64,000 nucleotides of DNA from Alphaproteobacteria bacterium (GTDB lineage: Bacteria; Pseudomonadota; Alphaproteobacteria; Paracaedibacterales; CAITNM01): contig JBAXJB010000002.1 of the NCBI GenBank assembly GCA_037138055.1, forward strand, positions 4,968-68,967, read 5' to 3'. Below are positions 38,848-47,299 of the stretch, piece after piece. Position 1 is the first letter of the stretch. Every line of letters starts with the position of its first letter. The position numbers and the translations under genes are program-made. Under the pieces are notes generated by a model. That model was given only the letters and a program-made list of their open reading frames with translations. It made no database searches and was not told the DNA's origin.

Positions 38848-38923
38848 TGGTGCCCAGAGCCGGAATCGAACCAGCGACACAGGGATTTTCAATCCCTTGC
38901 TCTACCAACTGAGCTATCTGGGC
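38848..38923 (-). tRNA. tRNA-Phe (anticodon GAA), CCA encoded
   Basis: Reverse complement: acceptor GCCCAGA/TCTGGGC, anticodon stem AGGGA/TCCCT with loop TTGAAAA, T-loop GGTTCGATTCC. Confidence 0.95.
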
Positions 38924-39030
38924 AACATAAAGACGTTTATAACCCGAAATAAGAACCTTGTCCAGCTGGAAAATATGTACTTTGCCAAAGTGCCACTAAT
39001 TAGCTAAATTACACTAAACATATTTCCCGG

Positions 39031-40224
39031 GTGCTAATGATAAAAATTATAAGATCTTTCAAATTTTTGATGGTAATGGTCGCTCTTGGTGTGCTCGCGG
39101 GAATTTCTCAACAACCACAGGTTTTAGAGTTCGCTCGTATTTTAAGCGATGTTTTTATGCGTTTACTAAAATTAGTTAGCTTGCCAATCATTAGTTTTTC
39201 TTTACTTGCAACCTTAACGGGTATGGGAAAATGGTCTGAAATAAAAAATCTTGGTCAACATGTCATTCGTTATACCGTAATAACAACTCTATTATCAGCA
39301 GTAACAGCTTGGGCCTTATATATTATTGTTGAACCTGAAGCTGCCATTCAAGTAACCACCATGCCAGACATGGCAGGCATAAAAGATGCATCGTACCTAA
39401 ATGCCTTGCTTAATATTTTTCCAAGCAATATATTGCAACCTTTTTTGGAACACAACGTCATGGGCGTTATGTTCATTACAGTCTTTTTAAGCTTTGCTGT
39501 GGTGCAGCTGCCATCAGAAAAACGTGATTACTTGCATCAGCTTTTTGACAGTTTGTTTTCAGCTATCATGGTTATCATCAGGTGGATCACTGCTTTAATG
39601 CCATTTGCTGTATGGGCATTCATTGTGGAATTCACCCAAGAAGTACAAAAGGGGTTAAAAATAGGGGAACTTGCTTCGTATCTAGGCATCATTATTGCAG
39701 CAAATATTATTCAAGCCGGTGTCACTTTGCCATTAATGCTTAAAAAAAATGGCATTCCCCCACTGCAGGCATTCAAAACAATGCTCCCTGCCCTTTCTTT
39801 AGCCTTTTTTTCAAAATCATCGGCAGCGGCCATGCCGCTTGCTATGCAGTGCAGTCACCGTTGCGGGGTAAGCAACAAGGTTAGCCAATTTAGCTTTCCC
39901 TTGTGTACCAGTATAAACATGAACGCTTGCGCGGCATTTATATTGATTACGGTTTTGTTTGTTGCGGAAAACTACGGAGTCCACTTCACTTTCTTAGAAC
40001 GTATTCTTTGGATTGCAATGGCAAGCGTTGCAGCTATAGGTAATGCTGGTGTTCCTATGGGGTGTTTTTTCCTAAGTTGCGCTCTTCTTACAGCTATGGG
40101 GGTCCCTATCACGATGATGGGGGTTATACTGCCCTTTTACGCTCTCCTTGATATGCTAGAAAGCGCAATCAATATTTGGTCTGATGCCTGCGTAACATTA
40201 ATTGTAAATAAAAAAGCCGAGTAA
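39031..40224 (+). CDS. Dicarboxylate/amino acid:cation symporter (DAACS family)
   Basis: 397-aa polytopic membrane protein with DAACS-like blocks (FFSKSSAAAMP, GNAGVPMG, LDMLESAINIWSDA). Confidence 0.8.
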   Translation: MLMIKIIRSFKFLMVMVALGVLAGISQQPQVLEFARILSDVFMRLLKLVSLPIISFSLLATLTGMGKWSEIKNLGQHVIRYTVITTLLSAVTAWALYIIVEPEAAIQVTTMPDMAGIKDASYLNALLNIFPSNILQPFLEHNVMGVMFITVFLSFAVVQLPSEKRDYLHQLFDSLFSAIMVIIRWITALMPFAVWAFIVEFTQEVQKGLKIGELASYLGIIIAANIIQAGVTLPLMLKKNGIPPLQAFKTMLPALSLAFFSKSSAAAMPLAMQCSHRCGVSNKVSQFSFPLCTSINMNACAAFILITVLFVAENYGVHFTFLERILWIAMASVAAIGNAGVPMGCFFLSCALLTAMGVPITMMGVILPFYALLDMLESAINIWSDACVTLIVNKKAE

Positions 40225-40240
40225 AACCCCGGCTCTTTTT
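40215..40240 (+). terminator. Possible weak rho-independent terminator after the symporter gene
   Basis: 5-bp stem AGCCG/CGGCT with a 10-nt loop, followed by CTTTTT. The stem is short. Confidence 0.35.
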
Positions 40241-40274
40241 GTGTGTAATTCTGGCGAGAGTCAAAATCTTTTTT

Positions 40275-41051
40275 TTACTTACTTTTTTTAGCTGACTTGC
40301 TTTTATTTTTGCTAGATCCTTTGTCTTTGCTTTTGCTGGCTTTTCCACTAGCTTTATTGTTTGAAGCTGCAGTTGCTTTTTTAGCAGCCGCTAATGCGCT
40401 TTTTAGCGCGTTTTCTGCTTTTTTCAAAGCTGCTGCCATTGATTTTTCTGCTGTGGTTATTTTTTTCTCGGCCTCAAGTGCCTTTTTTTGCTTCGCAGAT
40501 GCTGCAGCTTTTTTCATATTTGCATCTAATTTCTTTGCTTTCGCTATTGATTTTTTGATCAAGGCCACTGCTTTATTAGCAGCAGCTGATGCTTGTTTTG
40601 CCGCTGCTCCCTTTGCCTTATTCGCTTTATCTGCTGCCTGATTCGTAGTCTTTGTGTTTTTAACGAGTTCGGCAGTTTGCTTTTTGCTAGCAGCCACTAC
40701 CTTATTCGCTGCATCTTCAGCTTTCTTCTTTGCTGCTGCGTCTGCTGCAGCCTTTTTCTGTGCAGCGTCATCTTCTTCCGGAGGCGTGGCAGCGCTGTCA
40801 TCATCTGAGGAAGCGCTACCATCTTGTGCTGCATCATCTTCGGGAGGGACGCTAGCGCTATCATCTGAGCTTCCATCATCTGGAGAAGCATTGTCATCTG
40901 GTGTTGCATCTGCTGCATCTGTTGCATCGGTTTCTGGTGTTGCATCTGTTGCATCGGTTGTTGCATCATCTGAGGAGCCATCTTCATCTCCCGCGTAAAG
41001 AGATCCGCTATAGATCAAAGCCCCAAGTAAAAAATAATAAATGACTTTCAT
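40275..41051 (-). CDS. Secreted dipolar disordered protein (acidic D/S/T-rich N-half, Ala/Lys-rich histone-H1-like C-half)
   Basis: Signal peptide (VIYYFLLGALIYSGSLYA). DATDATPE-type acidic repeats are followed by AAKK/AKKA-rich sequence ending in KSKSAKKSK. ATG at 41051. Confidence 0.5.
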   Translation of the reverse strand: MKVIYYFLLGALIYSGSLYAGDEDGSSDDATTDATDATPETDATDAADATPDDNASPDDGSSDDSASVPPEDDAAQDGSASSDDDSAATPPEEDDAAQKKAAADAAAKKKAEDAANKVVAASKKQTAELVKNTKTTNQAADKANKAKGAAAKQASAAANKAVALIKKSIAKAKKLDANMKKAAASAKQKKALEAEKKITTAEKSMAAALKKAENALKSALAAAKKATAASNNKASGKASKSKDKGSSKNKSKSAKKSK

Positions 41052-41168
41052 ACCAACCAACTTTCTTTGTATTTTTAAAATAATATTTAACCAAACCTAT
41101 TTGTAATATTAGCAACTTCATCGGTAGATTTTTTTTGCTAGCTTTGAATCTCTATTGCTGATTTAACT

Positions 41169-41438
41169 TTATACTGCATCAGCTTCATCAGCCTCTGGTT
41201 CATTTGAATCATCGTCATGCGTATCTGTTCCATTTTTTTCAGTATCTGAAACCTCAGCATCAACCTCTGGTTCTTCTGAACCATCGTCAGGCGTATCTGT
41301 TTCATTTTTTTTAGCATCTGAAACCTCAGCATCAGCCTCATCACCATCCTCCACAACAGTTTCTTCTGGCGGATACAAATCCGTTGCGCGCAATACTGCC
41401 GCACAGCACAAAAAGCAAAATACTGAAAAATGAACCAC
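41169..41438 (-). CDS. Small secreted acidic repeat protein
   Basis: 89 aa with a GTG start and signal peptide (FSVFCFLCCAAVLRA). Contains two 24-aa tandem repeats (DAEVSD.(K/E)KN.TDT.DD.S.EPE.). Confidence 0.45.
   Translation of the reverse strand: MVHFSVFCFLCCAAVLRATDLYPPEETVVEDGDEADAEVSDAKKNETDTPDDGSEEPEVDAEVSDTEKNGTDTHDDDSNEPEADEADAV
41190..41333 (-). repeat. Two 72-nt in-frame tandem repeats inside the acidic protein gene
   Basis: The nucleotide units align with roughly 85% identity by eye and encode DAEVSDAKKNETDTPDDGSEEPEV / DAEVSDTEKNGTDTHDDDSNEPEA. Confidence 0.8.
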
Positions 41439-41517
41439 TATATAATTAACTTAATTAATACAAACAAATTAATTATATAACGGTAAATATTAAAAAAGTG
41501 TTTATTTGAAGTAAAAA

Positions 41518-41733
41518 CTATGCTTCATCATCTTCTTCTTCGCCATCAGCATCTTCTTCTTCTTCTTCTTCGTCTTCGTCTTCTTCATTTGTTGCACTTG
41601 TACCTTCTGTTTCTTTTGCATCTCCCTCTGCTGCTGGTGGTGCTGCAGCAGCGCTCATAGGTGCAAACATTGTTGCAAAAAGTATTATTGCTAAAATAGA
41701 TAAGCGAATTAGTGTCATGTATTGTATTCCCAA
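41518..41733 (-). CDS. Small secreted acidic protein with a poly-E/D tail
   Basis: 71 aa with a signal peptide (LSILAIILFATMFAPMSAAAA) and a tail EEDEDEEEEEEDADGEEEDDEA. Confidence 0.45.
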   Translation of the reverse strand: MGIQYMTLIRLSILAIILFATMFAPMSAAAAPPAAEGDAKETEGTSATNEEDEDEEEEEEDADGEEEDDEA

Positions 41734-41985
41734 TAAAATGTTTCTTTATAAAAAGCTTAAATAGTAAAAAAAAAAATTACAAGAACTTGAAGAAAATATC
41801 ACTTACAGTTGCCCCTAGGTCCTCAAAGAAACATCAAAATTGTATTTTTATTACCAAAAAAACACATGGATATGTTGCGTTTGAATAATATTTTTCAAAA
41901 AAACTTACGAATCTGTGAAAAACCCACTTGTAGAATTGGCAAGAAACGGTACAATAAAAGAAGGTAAAAATAAAGTTGATTAGTT

Positions 41986-43455
41986 ATGCCAAAAACAAAC
42001 TTAATCCATGATGAATTAGAATTGCGCCCTCGCATTAGCGTTATTGGTGTCGGCGGAGCGGGTGGAAACGCCGTTAACAATATGATACGCGCAAAACTTG
42101 AAGGCGTTGAATTTTTAATCGCAAATACTGATGCTCAGGCTCTCACTCAGTCGCTTGTTCCCAAAGAACGACGCATTCAACTTGGATTAACTGTTACTCA
42201 AGGTCTTGGCGCAGGTTCAAAGCCAGACGTTGGCCGCGCATCAGCAGAAGAATCAATTGAAGAAATTCTAGATCTTATTAAAGGTAGTAATATGTTATTT
42301 ATTACTGCTGGTATGGGTGGTGGAACTGGTAGTGGTGCCGCTCCTGTTATTGCGCGTGCTGCTCGTGAAATGGGCGTGCTTACAGTTGGTGTTGTTACAA
42401 GACCGTTTAATTTTGAAGGATCTCACCGTTCACGCACAGCTGAAGGCGCTATTGATGAACTTCAGCAATACGTAGACACACTAATCATTATTCCAAACCA
42501 AAACCTGTTTCGTCTTGCTAATGAACGCACAACTTTTGCTGATGCATTCAAAATGGCTGACGATGTTCTTTATTCAGGCGTACGTGGCGTAACAGACCTA
42601 ATGATTATGCCTGGTCTTATCAACCTAGACTTCGCAGATATTCGCGCTGTAATGGCTGAAATGGGCAAAGCAATGATGGGTACCGGTGAAGCAGAAGGCG
42701 AACGTCGCGCATTAGATGCTGCTGAAGCAGCAATTTCCAACCCACTTCTAGATGATGTTTCTATGAAAGGCGCGCGTGGCGTTCTTATTAACATTACTGG
42801 TGGCTACGACATGACATTGTATGAAGTAGACGAAGCTGCAAACCGCATTCGTGAAGATGTTGACTCAGAAGCGAATATTATCTTTGGTTCAACTTTCGAT
42901 GAGCGTTTGAATGGCAGAATGCGCGTATCTGTTGTGGCAACAGGTATTGGCGAATTGGTACCATCTTCTATGCACTCAAATCAACAAGCGCGCCCTACTG
43001 TGACTGCGCCAACAAATGATGCTTTTTCTGTGACAAGACCAGTAACCAACGGCAATGTGTTTTCAGCTTTTTCTGGGTTTAACCAAAACGCTACTCAAAG
43101 CCCAACACCAACGTATGCAGAATCTGCTCATGAGTTAGCACACGATCAAGATCACTACCAGCAAACTGAAACCAGCCTTGAAAATTTTGAGGAAGCTTCC
43201 GAAATGCCTAGTGCAACTTCAGAAGAGTATGTTCCAGAAGAAATTACTTCAAAGGGTTTTGCAGACCACATGCAACCAATTGAGCATCAGTCTACAGAGA
43301 AAAAAAGAAGCCCTAGTCTTTTTGAACGTTTTACTGGCGTTACCCGTAAAACTTCACAACAGGGGCCAATGATTGAAACAAATTTTGCTCAACAAACGTC
43401 TCAGAAAAAGGATGATCTTATCGACATTCCTGCTTTCTTGCGACGTGGTGGCTAA
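41986..43455 (+). CDS. ftsZ: Cell division GTPase FtsZ
   Basis: Tubulin signature [17 protein letters not shown], a long disordered linker and the conserved C-terminal peptide [12 protein letters not shown]. Confidence 0.95.
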   Translation: MPKTNLIHDELELRPRISVIGVGGAGGNAVNNMIRAKLEGVEFLIANTDAQALTQSLVPKERRIQLGLTVTQGLGAGSKPDVGRASAEESIEEILDLIKGSNMLFITAGMGGGTGSGAAPVIARAAREMGVLTVGVVTRPFNFEGSHRSRTAEGAIDELQQYVDTLIIIPNQNLFRLANERTTFADAFKMADDVLYSGVRGVTDLMIMPGLINLDFADIRAVMAEMGKAMMGTGEAEGERRALDAAEAAISNPLLDDVSMKGARGVLINITGGYDMTLYEVDEAANRIREDVDSEANIIFGSTFDERLNGRMRVSVVATGIGELVPSSMHSNQQARPTVTAPTNDAFSVTRPVTNGNVFSAFSGFNQNATQSPTPTYAESAHELAHDQDHYQQTETSLENFEEASEMPSATSEEYVPEEITSKGFADHMQPIEHQSTEKKRSPSLFERFTGVTRKTSQQGPMIETNFAQQTSQKKDDLIDIPAFLRRGG

Positions 43456-43481
43456 GTTGCTAATATATTAAATCTCTGCTG

Positions 43482-43506
43482 ACCTGCCTTCGGGCAGGTT
43501 TTTTTA
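43482..43506 (+). terminator. Rho-independent terminator of ftsZ
   Basis: Perfect 7-bp GC-rich stem ACCTGCC/GGCAGGT with a TTCG tetraloop, followed by T8. Confidence 0.8.
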
Positions 43507-43630
43507 TGTCTACTAAAATAATTAACTAATCCAATCTGTTACGTGTTTACAATATTTAGAAAACCCTCGTAGACTTTATATAGATCAGATTTGATCCCTT
43601 CTACTAAACCCCTATTGTCTGGAGAGTAAT

Positions 43631-44347
43631 ATGAGTAAATTTTTTACTAAAACAAGTGCTTTTGTGTTTGTGTGTTCATCACTATTGTTTGCTGCTGATA
43701 ATGCAGCTGTGAGTGTAGCCATTACGTCTGAAGAGACTAAACCTGCGGCAAACCTAAGTAGTGTTATTGTCGATATAATACATGCTGAACCTGCTGTGCT
43801 TACCTTTCAAAAATGCGTTTTAAATTTTTCTGATCCTGCGCAAACAGCTCGTTCTTCTGCTAAAATTGCAACTTATTTAATGGTTGAAAAAACTACTGAA
43901 ACTTTAGATCTTGCAGACATAGCCTACCTTACCTGTGAAGGAATTGCAGCTGCATCTAGAAAAAACCCAGCAGCTTTTGGAAAATTGGCTCCATATTTTG
44001 CCGATGAAAATGCTGTTTACCTAAATATTGGGTACGTTATAGGAAGTATAGCAGTTGCTAGTCATGACTTAAGTATTTTGGGAACCTTGCCGTCGTGCAC
44101 AACGTTTGTACAACAAACTATCGCTACAGATCTTCCTAAGCTTCTCACTAGATTAGGAGCATCTGCCGAAGATCAAGCAGACATTACATTACTAGCAACA
44201 GTGTTTACTCCAATGTTTGCACAACTTCTGAACAAAACTTACACCGGAACAATGAATGCAGCAGCAGCCTTTGGTGAAATTGTTGAAGACCGTGTGCCAG
44301 CTGGTTGTGGTTGCTTTGGCTTTGGTTCAAAAAAAGCTAAAAAATAA
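43631..44347 (+). CDS. Hypothetical secreted protein with a Cys-rich polybasic C-terminus
   Basis: 238 aa with a signal peptide (SAFVFVCSSLLFA). Ends in PAGCGCFGFGSKKAKK. Confidence 0.45.
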   Translation: MSKFFTKTSAFVFVCSSLLFAADNAAVSVAITSEETKPAANLSSVIVDIIHAEPAVLTFQKCVLNFSDPAQTARSSAKIATYLMVEKTTETLDLADIAYLTCEGIAAASRKNPAAFGKLAPYFADENAVYLNIGYVIGSIAVASHDLSILGTLPSCTTFVQQTIATDLPKLLTRLGASAEDQADITLLATVFTPMFAQLLNKTYTGTMNAAAAFGEIVEDRVPAGCGCFGFGSKKAKK

Positions 44348-44359
44348 TAAGAAAAATAA

Positions 44360-45442
44360 ATGACAACATATTGCGTCATTGGTTGTATGACTGGCACATC
44401 GTGTGATGGGCTAGATCTGGCATATATAGAAACCAATGGCGCAGATATACTAGCTTTTGGCCCGTCAGAAACTATTCCGTTTCCTTCTGAATACAGCAAT
44501 CTTTTGCGTGAGCGAATAAACCTTAGAGCGCCTGTTCATTTTATGGATAGTGAGCTATCTAAAACCATTGCTGATTTTCACGCAAAACACATAGAAGAAT
44601 TCATGATTAATAATCAACTAACTGTTGATGCTATTGGTTTTCATGGGCAAGCAGTTTGGCATGATCCGGCTAACCAATTAACGGTTCAGCTAGGCGATTG
44701 TCAGCACCTTGCAAACTCAACCGGTATAAAGGTTATAGGACAAGTTCGTCAAAACGATATTAAAAATGGCGGCCAAGGTGCACCGCTTGTGCCGATATAT
44801 CATTTGGCATTAGCGTCTAAGCTAGAAAAGCCAACGGCATTTTTAAACATTGGTGGTGTTTCAAACATAACATTTATTAATGCTGATGAAACTCTTATCG
44901 CTGGCGATACTGGCCCTGGAAATGCATTGATTGATGATTGGGTTATAAAGCATACAGGAACGCCTCAAGATACGGATGGTCAATATGCAGCGCAAGGCAT
45001 TGTTAATAATGGCCTTCTAAACAAATGGTTGCAGCATCCATTTTTCGACCTGCCCTACCCTAAATCCTTAGATCGCATGGAATTTCATCAGGTACTAAAC
45101 GACTGCGGCGCATTATCGCTTGAAGACGGCGCAGCAACACTAACTCAATTCACTGTCGGTGCTATTATGAAAGGCATCAGCTTACTCCCAGAACAACCAA
45201 ATCAATTGATTGTATGTGGTGGAGGTTGCCATAACCCGGTGCTAATGAGCTTGTTACAAAAAAAGTTTGCAAATGTGAAAAAAGCATCTGAAATCGGTTT
45301 GAACCCAGATGCTATTGAAGCTCAATTAATGGGGTATCTTGCAGCACGATTTTTTGAAAATCTGCCCTCAAGTTTTGAAACCACTACAGGTGTAGAGCAA
45401 CCCACAATTGCCGGAGAGTTATTTCTTCCTGAATGTATCTAA
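44360..45442 (+). CDS. anmK: Anhydro-N-acetylmuramic acid kinase
   Basis: N-terminal GCMTGTSCDGLD (GxMSGTSxDG-type motif), NIGG(V)SN and a C-terminal GGG block. 360 aa. Confidence 0.85.
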   Translation: MTTYCVIGCMTGTSCDGLDLAYIETNGADILAFGPSETIPFPSEYSNLLRERINLRAPVHFMDSELSKTIADFHAKHIEEFMINNQLTVDAIGFHGQAVWHDPANQLTVQLGDCQHLANSTGIKVIGQVRQNDIKNGGQGAPLVPIYHLALASKLEKPTAFLNIGGVSNITFINADETLIAGDTGPGNALIDDWVIKHTGTPQDTDGQYAAQGIVNNGLLNKWLQHPFFDLPYPKSLDRMEFHQVLNDCGALSLEDGAATLTQFTVGAIMKGISLLPEQPNQLIVCGGGCHNPVLMSLLQKKFANVKKASEIGLNPDAIEAQLMGYLAARFFENLPSSFETTTGVEQPTIAGELFLPECI

Positions 45443-45901
45443 AGTTACAACGTTTGAGCCATCTTTAGGAATCTCAGCGATTTTATCTTTAGGCGCTTTG
45501 TCACCCTTAATTGTTTTGCCAACAACTTCTTCAGGGGCATCTTCAAAAATTGGACTAAATTGCAGGCCAAATTTAACCGAAGGATCAACAAAGCTTAAAA
45601 GTGCAGCGTAAGGCACATAAAGCTTTTCATGGTTATCATCAAAGCATAACGTAACAGAAAAGCCATTTTCATCTGCTGCTAAGTCCCAAAATTCATACTG
45701 CAACACAATGGTAACTTCATCACCGTATTGATCACGTAAATAGTCAGGAACCTCAACACCTGGGTGATCAGTCGCAAAAGTTATATAGTAATGATGATCG
45801 CCAGGTAAGCCGTGCTTAACCGTGTAAGACATGGTTTTATAAACAACTTCTCGCAAAGCTATTTGTACCATTGCTTCGTAATCTAATGGGTCTTGTGCCA
45901 C
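45419..45901 (-). CDS. sspB: ClpXP adaptor SspB (alpha-proteobacterial type)
   Basis: SspB-like core: DYEAMVQIALREVVYK...GLPGDHHYYITF...VEVPDYLRDQYGDEVTIVLQYEFWDL. GTG at 45901 is preceded by AAGGAGA with an 8-nt spacer. The ORF track's TTG at 45967 would run into the tmRNA. Confidence 0.75.
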   Translation of the reverse strand: MAQDPLDYEAMVQIALREVVYKTMSYTVKHGLPGDHHYYITFATDHPGVEVPDYLRDQYGDEVTIVLQYEFWDLAADENGFSVTLCFDDNHEKLYVPYAALLSFVDPSVKFGLQFSPIFEDAPEEVVGKTIKGDKAPKDKIAEIPKDGSNVVTLDTFRKK

Positions 45902-45969
45902 GGTCGTATTCTCCTTAAGTCCACTACTAAATAGTGGGGGATATTCTGTTGCAAGGCTACCCCCCAAGC

Positions 45970-46305
45970 CCCTAAGAGGCTACCGCTTCAACAAACAGAG
46001 TTTGTTTAGGCAGCAGCTGCAGCAGCAACACGAATGTTGTTGTTTGCCACAGTAGCCAATCCTGCAACCATTCCCTTACGGTTTTGGTTAGCAAGCTTAA
46101 CTGCTGTCTCTCTACGAGTGCGATTCAATCTGCCACTTGTAATGTTTAGTCCGATAACGACGGTACCATGCCGAGCGAAAGACCTATCTTTACCACGCGT
46201 GTCGATCCTATGTCGCCCCCATAAAAATGGTGGAGGCGCCGGGTACCGCCCCCGGGTCCACTACGCCTATTCCATAAACCGTTTATCGCTATAGATGCAA
46301 GCATC
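45970..46305 (-). ncRNA. ssrA: Two-piece (circularly permuted) tmRNA gene: acceptor piece, 7-nt spacer, coding piece
   Basis: On the minus strand the acceptor piece ends ...CCGGGGGCGGTACCCGGCGCCTCCACCA at 46228. After TTTTTAT the coding piece begins GGGGGCGACATAGGATCGAC at 46220. Acceptor pairing GGGGGCG/CGCCTCC includes the G3:U pair. Tag ORF GCA AAC AAC AAC ATT CGT GTT GCT GCT GCA GCT GCT GCC TAA (46047-46006) encodes ANNNIRVAAAAAA. The stop lies in a 7-bp hairpin, AACAAAC-TCT-GTTTGTT. Outer ends are approximate. Confidence 0.8.
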
Positions 46306-46311
46306 AGTTTA

Positions 46312-46339
46312 AATATAGTAGCTTCTGTAAATATTTCAA
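46312..46339 (-). promoter_or_regulatory. Candidate sigma-70 promoter of ssrA
   Basis: On the minus strand, TTGAAA (46339-46334), a 16-nt spacer, then TATATT (46317-46312), just upstream of the inferred acceptor piece. Confidence 0.4.
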
Positions 46340-46352
46340 GGATTTGATTGAA

Positions 46353-46739
46353 TTACTTCGTAAGGTGCTGATGTGCAATGACAGAACTTAACAATATGTT
46401 TCCGTAATAATGGGGATATTCCTTGCCACCTGGGCGGTTTGCTTCTATTTTTAATATTTCTGGATTCAAGCTATAACCGTCAATTTCTAACAGATAGCAT
46501 TCATCAGCGTTAAAGAATTTTTGCCAAATGCGATTCCATTGACTTTGAAGACTTAAATGAATAAAGCCATCTTGTTGATCAAGCTCAGAACCTAAGAAAA
46601 CTCTTTCACTTTGAAAATTTTGCCATTGAGCAGGCGTTAGAATTTTGAAAAATCTATTTTCCATATATGCATCATTTTTATGGTTAACCTGGCATGCCGC
46701 CAATAAAGGGAAGACTATAAGCCAAAAAAATCTTTTCAT
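46353..46739 (-). CDS. DUF952-family protein with a lipoprotein-type signal peptide
   Basis: DUF952-like core: FKILTPAQW...GFIHLS...CYLLEID...LKIE...YPHYYG. The N-terminus FWLIVFPLLAAC carries a lipobox-like LAAC. Confidence 0.6.
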   Translation of the reverse strand: MKRFFWLIVFPLLAACQVNHKNDAYMENRFFKILTPAQWQNFQSERVFLGSELDQQDGFIHLSLQSQWNRIWQKFFNADECYLLEIDGYSLNPEILKIEANRPGGKEYPHYYGNILLSSVIAHQHLTK

Positions 46740-46756
46740 GCGGTAAGTATAAAATT

Positions 46757-47233
46757 CTAAGCGTTGCGAATCAATGATAATTGCATAATATGCAGCCTTA
46801 CACTTTCAACCATTTCTCTTTTATAAAACGTATTGATTCTTTTTTTTATACGATTTTCTAAAATACTGGCAGCAGGTGCTTCTGGACCTAACCATAACCG
46901 AGACATTGCCGAATATAAATCGCAGAATATTTCATCTCTTAGTTTAATGCTTTCCACTTGCAGCTCACGATAATTATCTATTCCTGTACTTTTTAGCTCA
47001 ACCATAATTGTAAGGTGTCCGGCTAAATCACCCTTTTTTATAACCGGCACCACCATAACTGGGATCATTAAATAAGGTAAGCGAGAAATATATCTACGTT
47101 GGATTTTTTCTAAATAACTACTACCAGATGACTTTTTCTTGCTATCGCTTATTTTTGCTTCGGCATTTAACATGCCAAAACAGGCACTCAAAGAAACTAA
47201 TACGCCGGTAAGGTAACGATTTAAAGTATTCAT
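46757..47233 (-). CDS. Hypothetical periplasmic protein, weakly FliL-like
   Basis: 158 aa with a signal peptide. The segment LMIPVMVVPVIKKGDLAGHLTIMVELKS...IKLRDEIFCDL resembles the FliL family pattern. Low certainty. Confidence 0.35.
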   Translation of the reverse strand: MNTLNRYLTGVLVSLSACFGMLNAEAKISDSKKKSSGSSYLEKIQRRYISRLPYLMIPVMVVPVIKKGDLAGHLTIMVELKSTGIDNYRELQVESIKLRDEIFCDLYSAMSRLWLGPEAPAASILENRIKKRINTFYKREMVESVRLHIMQLSLIRNA

Positions 47234-47299
47234 ACAAAATTGGTTTTTTACAGTTCTTTGTGTTACCTTCTATTTTATATGGTAAATGATTAACAAATT

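Noticed and set aside
40297-40998. Several 70-114-aa ORFs on both strands overlapping the Ala/Lys/Asp-rich gene
   Set aside because: These are low-complexity GCT/GCA/AAA repeats that stay open in several frames. Only the minus-strand frame has a signal peptide and a sensible start.
46034-46294. 86-aa plus-strand ORF in the ORF track
   Set aside because: It lies entirely within the minus-strand tmRNA gene, whose tRNA-like end, G3:U acceptor and tag ORF explain the region. The translated sequence shows no coding features.
47234-47299. Searched for a CIRCE operator (TTAGCACTC-N9-GAGTGCTAA) upstream of hrcA-grpE
   Set aside because: No convincing inverted repeat of that type is visible in the 66-bp upstream region. 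CIRCE may lie at groESL elsewhere.
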